From Octopus vulgaris (Eukaryota): a stretch of DNA of 64,000 bases. Below the pieces are notes generated by a model, which did not search any database, had not been told where the DNA came from, and saw only the letters and a list, made by a program, of their open reading frames with translations. The DNA is taken from contig OX597822.1 of assembly GCA_951406725.2 (NCBI GenBank), forward strand, positions 92,380,001 to 92,444,000, in the 5' to 3' direction. How positions within the stretch are numbered: position 1 is the stretch's first letter; the number at the start of each line of letters is the position of its first letter. Below, one piece after another: positions 41,001 to 54,200 of the stretch. Made by a program: the position numbers and the translations under genes.

Positions 41001-41990
41001 ATAAATTTTTAAAAATGAAAAAAAAACCCACTTTCTAGTCTATATAAACAAGACAAATGACAAATGTGCTTTCCAAATTGATGGCTATAGTTTGAAAACT
41101 GATACACACAAACACACACACACACACTATTTCATTACAAAAAATTTAGAAAACATTAATGGCAGAAATATTTCTTTATCATGACCATTATTTGAAAATT
41201 CTAAGCTGCCATGAAGAGAAACAATTAAGGTGACTAATAGCAGCAACACTAACTATAATACATAAGAATGGCATGGGGAGGTAGTATTGATTTAGCAGCA
41301 TTTGGGGTTTCCCAATTGAAGAATTTACCCATTTCTACATTTCATTTCCATTTGTCTACCTACCAGCCTTTAAATTTTACAATGTTAATCATTCTTCACA
41401 GAGATATGTGTTCTTTAAGAGCTGTGTCCATGACCTTTGCAGGTCCTCTCAGACTGGTGAAATCGATGCTACTGATGCCTAGCCTGACCATCTCTAGGTC
41501 ATTTTCTCCAGAAAAACAAAGAGAGAAGGAGCCACGATTTTGTCCAAATGATGCTTGCAACAGAGTGAACTCTGTTATGAGCACACATGAAACAGGAAAT
41601 GATATACACAAAAAGATATGAAACCTTTACAGGAATATAAATCTACATGATATGAGACTTTTTTTTTTTTTCTTTACATATGTACAATAATTTCATTTAA
41701 AGCATTTGGTTTTAGATTTACGCCTTAGTAAATATTTGGATGTTTTAACTAACTTCATAATTTTTTTTTTAAATTGAATTTTGGAATAAAACTTTACAAT
41801 AAATTATCTACAATTGTGATGAATAAAGGAGAAATTGAAGAGTTTTTATTAATAATTTTTAATGTAATTCACAAAGAGCCAGAGTCAACTACAAATCTCA
41901 GTGGCTTTGTGGTGAATAACAACACATGATCTAGTCCCCTACAATTATGATACAGATAAATGTTATTATTCACATTGTAATTTGTTCATT

Positions 41991-42415
41991 ATCTTTTACT
42001 TGTTTCAGTCATTAGACTGTGGCCATGCTGGGGCACCACCTCAAAGAATATTTAGTCAAATGAATCAACCTAGTATTATTATTTTTTAAGCCTGGTACGT
42101 TTTCTACCAGTCTCTCTTGCTGAACTGCTAAGTTATGGGGACATAAATACACCAACGCCAGTTGTCAAGCAGTGGTGGGGAACATACAGACACAAAGTCT
42201 CTCACACACACACATATATATACACACACACATATATACACTCACACACACAACAGGCTTCTTTCAGCTTTCATCTACCAAATCCACTCACAAGGTTTTG
42301 GTTTGCTGAGGCTATACTAGAAGACATTCGCCCAAGGTACAACATAGTGGGACTGAGCCCAGAACCATGTGGTTGGAAACCAAGCTTCTTACCACATAGC
42401 CACGTCTGTGCCTAT
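41991..42415 (-). mobile_element. SINE with internal (CA)n
   Basis: tcttttacttgtttcagtcatt...gcttcttaccacatagccac; same family as 47008-47415. Confidence 0.8.
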
Positions 42416-43147
42416 AATGTTCTTAAAATGAATACTTTATCTTGTGCGATGGATATTTTAATGTCTTACAGTAATAACTAGAAAAATTCTTCAATAACGA
42501 CATTGATTATCAATTAAATTGGAAAAAAGAGTTGATAACCAACTCAAAAAATACAGCCAAGCTATACAAAAACATATATTTGCATCAAGAATTAAACTAA
42601 GTAATTGCCTATATATAAAAGCATTAATGGTATGGCCTGTGGTCATGGTATACATATCAGAAAAGCAGATGAAAGTTTTCTTGCTATTTTTGTATTAGTT
42701 TCAGTATTACATAGGATTTGTTTGTTTTAGCTAGTTACTGAATGTATACAGTCAAAATTTTTACTTCATTATATAATTTATAAACACAATAATGGCAGAT
42801 GTTTTGGGGGTGATTTTTACTGAGAGAGAGAGAGAAATTATGCCTTTTTCGCATTTACATTAAAGCTAAAATGGAAAACAATTTGTAAAATGAAAAAATT
42901 GAAAAATATCTACCAGACAACAATAATTTCTTTGTTGAGTAAGTAAAAATTAAGCAATCAGGTTCTGTTCCAAGGTATTACTCTCTGCTTATTTAGTGTT
43001 CAAAATAGACAGGAGAAAAATTATTCATTTTCATTAAATTGTGCCTCTTAACTAAGCAAGCCAATACTGACAGTTTAATAATCAATCATGACTCTACAGG
43101 TAAATTTCATAATCTTTCTAAGGCAGTTTATTTAAAAGTAGTCATTT

Positions 43148-43400
43148 GGCTTCAATATTAAAAGATAGGGTGGCGAGTTGGCAGAATTGTTAGCATGCCA
43201 GGCAAAATGCTCAGTGGTATTTCATCTGCCATTACATTCTGAGTTCAAATTCTGCCGAGGTTGACTTTGCCTTTCATCCTTTCAGGGTCGATTAAATAAG
43301 AACCAGTTACACACTCGGGTTGATGTAATCAACTTAATCCCTTTGTCTGTCCTTGTTAGTCCCCTCTATGTTTAGCCCCCGGTGGGCAATAAAGCAACAA
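43148..43400 (+). mobile_element. tRNA-derived SINE (plus orientation)
   Basis: ggcgagttggcagaattgttagc...gagttcaaattctgccgagg...cctttcatcctttcagggtcg; same family as 24038-24257. Confidence 0.88.
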
Positions 43401-43544
43401 ATATTAAAAGATGACTTGAAAGACACCTTTCAATAATTCTGTTAGATATTATCTGTAATTACTTTTACTTGACACAATTATAACTTACTTTCTAATCACT
43501 CACTTATGTTTCATAATAGGCAGACATTATCATAATCATTTTAG

Positions 43545-44012
43545 TGGGATCACTGGTTGGCCAAGGCTATACTATCATAAGTCATTCTGAGCGGGATCAA
43601 TGCCAGAACAGCTGTCTGGCTTCCGTGCCAGTGGGCACGTAAAAACCACCATTTGAGCGTGATTGTTACCAGCATCGCCTCACAGGCACTTGTGCCGGTA
43701 GCATATGAACAAAACATTCGAGCGAGGTCGTTGCCAGTGCCACTGGACTGACTCCTGTGCAGGTGACACGTAAAAAACACCATTTCGAGCATGGTCGTTG
43801 CCAGTACCGCTGGACTGGCCTTCGTGCAGGTGACACATAAAAGCACCCACTACACTCTCGGAGTGGTTGCCGTTAGGAAGGGCATCCAGCTGTAGAAACT
43901 CTACCAGATCAGACTGGAGCCTGGCGCACCCATCTGGTTCGCCAGTCCTCAGTCAAATCGTCCCACCCATGCTAGCATGATAAGTGGATGTTAAAGGATG
44001 ATGATGATGATG
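43545..44012 (+). mobile_element. RTE-type 3' UTR with internal roughly 60-bp tandem units and (GAT)n tail
   Basis: Repeated cacgtaaaaa.cacc...gccagt units, ending gttaaaggatgatgatgatgat. Confidence 0.82.
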
Positions 44013-44310
44013 ATTCTAGATGTAACTTGTATTCTAGTAACCATAAAAACTTAAGAAGAAAACAAGTGAGAAAGAACAAAGACAAAAACTATTGATCCTA
44101 GCCATGAAAAAGTTGCTTGATCCCACAAAGAGAGTAACAGCTTAAGGACATTTAAAGAATTTAAGATATTAGCATAAGGAATCATTGCATCATGGTCTTA
44201 ATTTTGAAACTATGACATTGAAACTGTGATATCTCCTCGCTCTCTACCATTTTAAAGAATCAAATAAAATTAAAATAATGTTAAAGTTAAAATAACAACA
44301 ATAGCAACAA

Positions 44311-44518
44311 CGGTTTCAAATTTTGCCACAAGAGCAGCAATTTTGGGGGAGAGGGATAGTCAATTACACTGACCCCATTACTTGACTGGTACTTACTTTA
44401 TTGACCCTAAAAGGATGAAAGGCAAAGACGACCTCGGTGGAATTGTAACTCAGAACGTAGTGACAGATGAAATACCACCCAGCATGCTAACGATTCTGCC
44501 AGCTTGCTGCCTTAAAAC

Positions 44519-44574
<56 letters not shown>

Positions 44575-45181
44575 TAATAATAATAACAGCAATAATAATG
44601 GTTTCAAATTTTGCCACAAGGGCAGCAATGTTGGGGGAGGGGATAAGTCAATTACATCGACCCCAGTGTTCAACTGCTACTTATTTTATCAACCTTGAAA
44701 GGATGAAAGGTAAAGTGGACTTCAGCAGAATTTGAACTCAGAATATAGCGATGGGTGAAATACTGCTAAACATTTCATCCACTGAGCTAACAATTCTGCC
44801 AGCTTGCCACCTTAATAATAATTATAATGGTTTCAAATTTCGCCACAAGGGCAGCCATTTTGGTGGAGGGGATGAGTCAATTACATCAACCCCAGTGTTT
44901 CACTGATACTTAATTTATCAACCCCAAAAGGATAAAAGGCAAAGTCAATAATAATATGAAAATAATAATCCTTTCTACTATAGGCACAAGGCCTGAAATT
45001 TCAGGGTTCAGGGGAGAGGGTAAGTTGATTACAATGTAATGTGCTCAACTGGTACTAATTTTATCAACCCCAAAAGGGTGAAAGGCAAAATCAACCTTGG
45101 TGGAATCTGAACTCAGAACATAAAGACAGACGAAAAGCCACTAAGCATTTTGCCCAGCATGCTAACAACTCTGACAGCCTT
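44311..45181 (-). mobile_element. Head-to-tail cluster of 4 SINE copies with (AAT)n spacers
   Basis: Copies begin ggtttcaaatttt at about 44312, 44600 and 44830, and atcctttctacta at about 44968. Confidence 0.88.
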
Positions 45182-46339
45182 AATAATAATAATCATAATA
45201 AAATGCCTCAAATACCCAGCTAACTCCAGAGAAAAGAAAAGCTTAAACTTGTACTCAGTTTCCAGTTGCTGCTCTTCATTAATCAATGCTTAATCATCCA
45301 GTGAAGCAAAGTTACTAGTTAAACCATTAACAATAACTGCTAGACAAAAACAAAGATGTAAGTCATCATTTAAGAGGAGAAAAATAATAGAATTGATTTT
45401 CAGCTCCTAGTAACAAGATAAAGTTAGAAATTCTGCAAACAGATGTAACATTGCAGAAATACAATGCTATAGGAAATATGTTAGTTAACAATGTTGCAAA
45501 TCAAAAGCCATAACAGCGGCCAAGTGATGAGAACTGATTTATCTCAGGACAGAGATTATTTATTAACTTCAATCATTTTAAAGTTAACAGTAATCCACTG
45601 GTTTGTCACACATACAATAGCTGATTCTGCGATAGGTGCAGTGGCATCGTCATAGCACATAGCATGTTTTACTAACTACACTGTGCTGGTAGATTTGTGA
45701 ACTGACTCTACTCAGTGGATGACAAGTTCTTTTACTACAGATGATAGACAGTCCAGCACAGCATCTGATAATAGTAAAGCCACTATTTTGGAGTGTCTGA
45801 ACGGAATAGTAGAGATAACAATACTCTCAAATGTATTTGAATACACTCACCTAACTCATGCTAGTAAGAAAAGAATAAACTGTAACAATACACCCAGGAA
45901 ATCTTAGAGAAGGGTTGTTGTTGCATACCATTACTACCTGTGATTGTAGCAGTTTATTGTTGAGCAACATAAGAATTGAATAGCTAAGTAACTTATTCTT
46001 CCTAGATGTCTCTACTCAACTACTACAAAATAGATCAACTAGAATGGTAGTACAATTAAAAACATAAATGACTAAAGGTTTTGAAGAGTTAGTTCACTTA
46101 AATAACAGAGATACATAACAGTAGGATTATTTAATGGAACAAAGAAAAAGGTTTAATGTTTCAAACATTTGTACTTTTTTGAAGAAAAATATTTAAAAAA
46201 ATGTCTTATTGTAAGGCCACAAAATTGCAAAAGAGGAAGTTAAAGAATTAGATATGTAAAGAGAGTCTGTATGTGTGTGTGCACACACATATATACATAT
46301 ATATGTGTATAAGCACATACATACAAATGCATGCACACA

Positions 46340-46880
46340 TACATGAAGACATGTAGCTAAGAGAATGTGAAGTATTCACAAATGCTTGTGAGTGAAGAAA
46401 GGGCAAGAGTAAAAATTAAGTTTAAGTTTTTTTCTTTTATGCTTCCAAAGGTTGAGCTGGAATGCAAGATAACCTCACATAGAGTGAAATAATTGAATCT
46501 TAGTGAAAAGGAATTGTGAGAGTCCAGGAGGAAAGCTAGGTTTAAGGCATGATTAATACCCTTGATATTTGAGGGCAGAGTAGTGACAAGAGATAACAAG
46601 AGTGTAAGAAATTCAGTGGGACAGCTAAAGACAGTGATAATATAGTGACCAGAATGGCTAAGTTTGCGCAACTTAAAGAGAAATAGATGATGGAGGTATG
46701 TGGTATATCGATGATGAGGTTAGTATCAGGGAGAGTTAGTGGTGAGGAAAAGGTAAGTACCTTAATAGTATAGGATAACAGTTGTGGTTTCTAGAGAGTG
46801 TGGACCTCGAATAGGTTTAATAGAAATTAAGTAGTTGGCAAGTGTGGCCACTAAGATAAAGGAGTGTGCCATAGGACATA
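46340..46880 (-). mobile_element. Degenerate LINE remnant (endonuclease-like region)
   Basis: Purine-skewed block with a decayed reading frame; family uncertain. Confidence 0.3.
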
Positions 46881-47007
46881 CAAATTTTTGTTGTTTTTTT
46901 TTTGTGTGTTTGCTTGGGGGGGAGGGCAGTTTTCATGAATTGACTTTTTCACTCATTAAATAAATCTTGTGTGTACACACACACACACACACATATATAT
47001 ACTCTTT

Positions 47008-47415
47008 ACTCTTTTACTTGTTTCATTCGTTTGACTGTGGCCATGCTGGAGCACTGCCTTTAGTCGAGCAAATTGACCCTAGGTCTTATTCTTTGTAAGC
47101 CTAGTACTTGTTCTATTGTTTTCTTTTGCCGAACCGCTAAGTTACGGGGATGTAAACACACCAGCATCGGTTGTCAAGCAATGTTGGGAGGACAAACACA
47201 GACACACAAACATACACACACATACATATACTTGTATATATACATATATATGATGGGCTTCTTTCAGTTTTCATCTACCAAATCCACTCACAAGGTTTTG
47301 GTTGGCCCGAGGCTATAGTAGAAGACACTCGCCCAAGGTGCCATGCAGTGGGACTGAACCCGGAACCATGTGGTTCGTAAGCAAGCTACTTACCACACAG
47401 CCACTCCTACACCTA
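47008..47415 (-). mobile_element. SINE with internal microsatellite
   Basis: ctcttttacttgtttcattcgtttgactgtggccatgctgg...gcaagctacttaccacacagccactcct. Confidence 0.85.
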
Positions 47416-47418
47416 TAT

Positions 47419-47873
47419 ATTTAGGTTAGTTAAAATATGTTTGTGACATATTTCAACTGCTAAAAGGCAAATTCACTGCAGTTACCATGGAGAAAATATC
47501 TCCCTTATGGTAAAAAGGTGTGAAAATACCTGGTTTGTTTAGTGTTGCCATCTATTAGGAATCCCAGACTTTGATGTTTCAAGTTATTTGACTCTTGTCA
47601 ATGTGACATAGTTAAGAGTGGAAACTCTGAACAAACTTATAATGCAATAGCTTTATGTAAAATTCAGCCAACAATGTTGACTAATTTGCACTAATAGATC
47701 ATCCAATCAAGAAAAATAATGAAATGTTAGCGCCAAGCAGTGTTTAGGCATAAGCAGAATTTAGGTTAGTTAGAATATGCTTGTAATATATGCTTGTAAT
47801 ATACTATTTCAACTGCTAAAAGGCAAATTCACTGCAATTACCATGGAGAAAATATCTCTCTTATGGTAAAAAG
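47419..47873. repeat. About 100-bp direct repeats (47419-47517 and 47759-47873) around a roughly 240-bp spacer
   Basis: tatttcaactgctaaaaggcaaattcactgca.ttaccatggagaaaatatctc.cttatggtaaaaag occurs twice. Confidence 0.85.
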
Positions 47874-50800
47874 ATTACACTCATATGCATTAAAAGCCCA
47901 TATCTCTTTCTCTCTCTCTTCCAGCCAGAGGTCAGAAATGTAAAACTTGGAATAACAGTTAGTGAAACATTCAAAGTGTATGAAAAACTCTACATCACAT
48001 ATTGAGTAGTCGCTTTTCTCCTTGTTAAAGCCATTCTTGTGCCATAGAATGCATACACACACATACAGGATGATTTTGTCAATTAGCATACACATCATTC
48101 AATCAGTAAGATGGTATTTCACTTAACAAAATGGTAATTTGAAATATGTAACATTTAGGGATGCTTGGATATTTAATATTTACACTCCAGTTTCCTTCAC
48201 CAATGCTACTACTATTCAATTTCCTTTCTAACAGCCATCATACAATTGTTGTCCCTCACCTCTCCTATCATCCTCTCACTCCTATCAGGCTGATTGTCTT
48301 CTTGTATGTAGTCTTTCATCTATCACCTTCTCACCATGGTTTTTACCTAACCCATAGTATGGGAAAGGAACAAACAAGCAGAAACAAAGTGTAGAGGAAA
48401 CTCTTGATGAGGATGAAATAACTTTTCTGATGCTAATGAAAGGAGACTATGTACAGCCAGTCGGGTCACAATAATATGCAAGCACACTGTAAAGTGGTTG
48501 ACAGTAGGAAAGGTACCCAGCTGTAGAAACCATGCCAAAAATATATAAAGCATGAGTGAAACGTGTCTAAGTGGGTATTAATTCCAAATAAGAACTGACT
48601 AGGGCTGTAACAACACACCCAACCCATGCAAACATGGAAAACTAGGAATCAAATGATTATGATGGTAACAAATATAACCCCTACCTGCATGTGGTGCATT
48701 CTGGGCAATAACCAATAGAACAGCATGTGAATTCCAGGGTCTAAAATAAAGCAACTCTTACCTGAACTAGCTTTTTGACCAAAATCACAGGGTTTCTGGA
48801 AAAATTTCTATCTATCTAGTAGGCAAAGTGTCAAAACAGCACAAGCCCTATGTATACAAGGCCATTACATCTCATAGGCTTGAAGTTCATTCAATCATAC
48901 TTCCTACACAAAAGTCCTTGTTGATGGCCTGGGCTCTCAAGGGAAGTGATTCAAAAGGCTCAGGTTAATAGTGAGTCTAGATGTGTCACAGGTATCAAAA
49001 GCACTGCCTTCAAACTATGAGTGTTCATCGTATCTCATTGTTAGAGAATAATTCTCAAATTTTCTACCAAACAGCGCAGAGAACAAGGTTTATAGCAAGA
49101 TAAATGTTTGACACTAGATTGCAAACTCATTTGTGCCAGTCTGAAAAACGTTTGATATTTTTAGTACCAAGAATTTTCAACATGAGGTTCTTTTAATACT
49201 ATGCTAATTGCTTTCTGGAAGTTGCTGTTTCAGCTTAAGTTAATCTTCAATGAGAACAATTATCAAAAAGTATTCTATCCACAACTATCCCATCATTTTG
49301 GGAGTATTTAGGACTACAGTATAGAGTCCTTTCTTCATTTAAGAGATTAAGGCATGAATTAAAGGAAATTTTGTTACCCTTTCTTGCAAGTTGAGCAACC
49401 ATGAAGAGACTCAACTTTGATTGAGCACTCCATCCCATCATGTGTCCAAGAATGCTTTATCAAATGTGGTGTGAGAGAGTTGGCTGTTATTCATAACCAT
49501 TCAGACACATAGAGATTTATATAATACCCATGTTTTCAAAGTTTTGAATTAAGTCATTTTCACTATAAAAACAAGAATTAGAACTTCTATGAAAAAATCT
49601 TGCTATTTGTCTCTCTCCCTCCTTTAATATGTATAAAAAACACAAAGATTAGTAAACAGTTGAAGATTCACATCATTGCTACTTGGAATCTACTGCTGCA
49701 TGCATTCTTTCAGATTTCAATAATGGGAAGCTCTGAGTCACAACAGACTAAATCATCAAACACTTCCAAATATCTATAAATTCTATTATGTGTATTAATC
49801 CTTTAGCATTTAAACAGGTCATATCCTGCCAAAATATTCTATTAAAATGTTCAAACTGACATGGTCCAGCTTCTCACACCTACTAAAAATAAACAATTAC
49901 ATTATTGAAATCTCAAAGCTATGAGATAATGCATGGTTATTTCCAAAACATATGAATAAATAAGCATTAACTTTGAGTAATCTGAATCCTAAAGGGTTAA
50001 GTACTCTTTCTTTTGTTTCTAACCAAGAACATTTTACACACACGCAAATAACAAATGGTTTTTCTCTCAAAGTGAAGGACAGATTAAACAATGTTTATAT
50101 ACATGTGATGCTTCATAAGAGTGAGATATAGACCTTCAGTGCTGGGGATGCACAAAAGTTAGAAAGAAATGAAGTAAGCATTATTCACTGGATGAGTAAT
50201 GTTAGTATAAGTGAACAGCTGAGCACACCTGAGTTAAGAAGAAAAGCTGGACATAAGAGGAATCAGAAGTAATGTGCAAGAAAGAAGGCTATGATGGTAT
50301 GAACATGTGATGCATAAGGAAGATACCAGTTGTATGAAGAAATGCCAAGCACTCCAAATAGAAGGGGAAGGTCACAGAAGTCTGATCTCAGCTGAACTTT
50401 ATAAAAGACTGTAACTCATGTTAAACACCATTTTATGCAAGCTTGGAAAAACATGTACAAATGACAATGGTGGTGTTGATGGAGATTGGGATATATATCT
50501 ACAGTTTCGGTCTCTTCCGATCAGTATGTTCATATCAAGTTGCCATATACGGCTCCTCCCTTATCAATGTATTTCCCTACAATCACTCTTTTTCTCTCTC
50601 TTTGAAATCAGGTTGCTTGTGTAATGAGAGATAGTATGGCATTGGCTCTGTCTGTATTTAATCCTCTCCTTACCATCACTCCTTCTCCACCTCTTACTTC
50701 CTCATTCATTACAGACAAACACCACCCCTACTCACTTACCAGTACACATCTTCATTGCTTTCCATCATTTTATTTCGGACTCACACTAATTTTTCTTTTA

Positions 50801-51942
50801 GTCATTGATGATATACATCACATTCTCCTTCTCTCTCTTTCTCACATCCACCTCTCCCAGTATTTTCTCTTCTCTCTTTTTCTCTCTCTCTCTCACTTAT
50901 CGCTCTTATCATTCCCTCTTCTTCTGTTATACCACTAATCCTTTTTCTATCTGATCTCCTTACCAGCAATCATCTATGGCTGTCTATCACCCCCTCATTC
51001 TGGTTCTCTTTTATTTCACTCTCTCTTCTATTTACAGTGTTGGTGAATGAACACACACAGAAAATATAGACTAAAAAGAATTCCGTAATCTTATGAGGGA
51101 CAAGATAACTCTAGTGACAATAAAATAGACCCTGCATACTCTATAAAATAGTTAGGAAATGGAAACAGCTTAGAAAAGAGATGTCACTAATCTTTACTGT
51201 TTAGTTTAGTCAGGAGGAAAGGCAGTGTCTATGACTCTTTACAGAACCTCAGAGACAAGTGCAAGAGAGGAAGACATCCTCAACCTGGACAGAGCTTGAA
51301 TGCTTGCAACTGAGTAGATTTCATTAAAGGCATTCAAAGACCAGATGGTAGTGCTGAACAGGGCAATGGATTAAGTGCAGATACTACAATGGAATACAAC
51401 CAGCACATACTGCGAAGTGGTTAACAATATAAAGGGCATTCAGCCATAGAAAACATGTTAAAACTGAAATGTGTGATTGAAATATGGCCTCTACCTTATT
51501 CTAGAAAATCTAAATAAGAATTAACGGTCTATAACAATTTGTACCCCCACCCAGCAGAAAAAGCAGATAAAATTATGACTATGATGATGATAATATACAC
51601 ACCAAGTAACCCATATCAGTTAATTGACACTTTGCATTTCAGCATGCACGCACACACACACACACGCGCGCGAGCACACACACACACACACACACACATA
51701 TATACATGATTATTAAATAATAAATTGAATGGTAGACTACTGGTAAAGCATGTTCACTTTCACAGTATTGGATTAATGAGAGAGACAGAAGATGGAAGAT
51801 ACAAGAATGTGTGTCTATATATATAATTGAGATTCAGCTGAATTAGGTACTTGAGTTGAAGTACCAAGTCAGTCCGGTATTATCCGCACAGCTCGAAGAA
51901 AGGTGAATAAAATCAAAACAAGCAACAGGATATCAAGAAGTG

Positions 51943-52030
51943 ATGCAGTACGACCGTTTCAAGCAGCTCCATTTAATTGAACAATGCAATCATTACATCA
52001 ATTTAAATGCAGAGCTATCACCAGCTGCAC
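51943..52030 (-). ncRNA. Type I hammerhead-ribozyme-like motif (degenerate core), probably Penelope-derived
   Basis: Minus strand GUGCAG-CUGGUGA-[long stem II]-GAAA-C-GGUC-GUA-CUGCAU. Stem I GUGCAG/CUGCAU. The core has A6G and a CUU insert. Confidence 0.55.
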
Positions 52031-52171
52031 AAATAAATAGAATTTTAGTAAGTCGGATACTGTGTTTGTGTATACACACACACACACACACACACACAAG
52101 TAAGCACATAAATGCAAAACAAGGTGGAAAAAATAGTACTCAAATACTGAAGGTAGAATAATAGGCACTTT

Positions 52172-52350
52172 TTATATTAAAACGGCAAAAACATTGCAAA
52201 AACTGCTACTCAGAATTTCATGCTCCTGTTCATTGGATAGTTGTTATCAAGAATGGAATGATTCCATTCGTGATCACAACTGTCCAACAAATGGGAACAA
52301 GAAACTCTGAGTAGCAGTTTTTGTGATGTTTTTGCAGCTTTAATTAAAAA
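52172..52350. repeat. Diverged palindrome (about 85-bp arms, centre 52260), same family as 1106-1236
   Basis: aaaaactgctactcagaatttc...gaatggaat g attccattc...gaaactctgagtagcagttttt. Confidence 0.85.
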
Positions 52351-52434
52351 AACTACACACACGCACACACACACACACGTGCACATATACACTTATATAC
52401 ATACAGAAACATACACACATATACAAGAGTTCTG

Positions 52435-53705
52435 TTAGAGAGGTAAGATTTGCCCATGGGTACAGTGATAAATTTAATGTACAGATTGGTGTTCACCAAG
52501 GCTCTCTTCTCAGTCCTCTTCTATTCATCATTGTCTTCCAGGTCATAACAGAAGAATTTAAGACTAGAAGCCGATGGGAACTACTATATGCTGATGATCT
52601 TGCCCTCATAGCAGAATCTGTAACAGAATTAGAAAGGAAATTCCAGATGTGAAAACAGAACCTGGAATCTAAGGGTCTTAAAGCTGATTTAGTAAAGACC
52701 AATCTCCTAGTAAGCAAGAACAGGCAGGACCTTTCACCCTTCTGGTAAATGGCCCTGCTTGATATGTAGGAAGGGTGTAGGCAGAAATTTTATTTGGCGT
52801 ACCCAGTGCAAGCTGTGGACATACAAAACGGTGCAGTGGAATAGTAGGAAGGTTAACAGAGAAAGTAGTGTTTGTATGTGGAATATGTACAGGAGCCATA
52901 AAGACCATAGATACAAGGGAAACTGATTTCCTCAAAGATCCCAGAGGCTCTGTGGAAGTTGTAGATAATGTTTGCTACCTAGATGACTTAATTAGCAATG
53001 GAGAAGGTTGTACAGAAAGTGTAAAGGCTAGAATAAGAATAGGATGTGGAAAGCTCAGAGTGCTTTTATTTCTGTTGTCAACCAAAGGTCTCTCTCTCTG
53101 AGTGAAGGAAAGATTGTATGATGCTTGCATACAAACTGCAATGCTGCATGGCAGTGAGACATGGGCCTTGAATGCAGAGGATATGGAAAGTCTGGAAAGG
53201 AACAAATCGAGCATGCCCCACTGGATGTGCAATGTCAGTATGCATGTATGACAGAGCACCGGTGTACTGAGAGAAAATTTGGACATAAGAGGAATTATAT
53301 GCAGTGTGCTAATTTGGTCACATGATGCAGATGGATGAGGACAGTCACATACAGAAGTGCTGATCATTTAAAGTGGAGGGAAGATGTGGAAAAAGACCCA
53401 GGAAGACATGGGACTAAGTACAGAAGGCTAATCTCAAAACATTGTAAGGAGATGATAGACGACTGAGATATGCAGTGCATTGTTGTACTCAAGAAGTCCT
53501 ACCCACCACAACAGAATTGATGCCCTAAAACCAAGGGACCACATAAAAAGCATTGGTGTGGATGCTAGTGCCACATAAAAAGCACCCTGTACAATATGTA
53601 AACAGACTATGGAACATGGTGCAAACCCTGGCCTTGCCAGTTCCTGTCAAGCTGTCCAACTCATACCAGTATGGGAAAACATGTTAAATGTTGATGATGA
53701 TGATC
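52435..53705 (+). mobile_element. RTE LINE remnant with RT domain, C-terminus and 3' tail
   Basis: HQGSLLSPLLFIIV...WELLYADDLALIAES (RT motifs), then YDAC..TAMLHGSETW and RPRKTW; internal stops; (GAT)n tail. Confidence 0.9.
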
Positions 53706-53761
53706 TATGCATAGACACACATATGTGTATACTTTTATACGTGCGCATGCGCGCACACACA

Positions 53762-54200
53762 CATGCAGACATGGCTGTGTGGTTAAGAAGTTTGCTTCCC
53801 AACCACATGGTTTCAGGTTCAGTCTCACTGTATGGCACCTTGGGAAAATGTCTTCTACTATAGCCCCAAGCCAAGCAAAGCCTTGTGAATAAATTTGGTG
53901 GACAGAAAGTGAAAGAAGCCAGTCACATATATGTACATGTGTGTACATGAATATGCATGTGTTTGTGTTTCCTTGTCTTGACATCATGTGATAGTTGTAA
54001 ATGAGTGCCACCATCATAAAAATGCTGCCCTTCATTTCCAATCTTCTGTGTAAACATATCTGGCCATAGGAAATTATTACCTTACTTGGAAAAGAGGTGA
54101 GGATTGGCAACAGGAAGGGTATCTAGCCATAGAAAATCTGCCTCATGAATTCTATCTGTCCCATGGAAACACAAAAAAATGCATTAACATAATAATGATG
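53762..54200 (+). mobile_element. tRNA-derived SINE
   Basis: atggctgtgtggttaagaag...caggttcagtc A/B-box-like head, then gtcttctactatagc. Confidence 0.8.

Noticed and set aside
41268-41621. Nested plus-strand 117-aa gene
   Set aside because: No recognisable homology or partner exons; the island is reported instead as a possible minus-strand cryptic exon.
45520-45545. C/D-box snoRNA (GTGATGA...CTGA)
   Set aside because: It is antisense to the host gene, the boxes are too close together, and there is no terminal stem.
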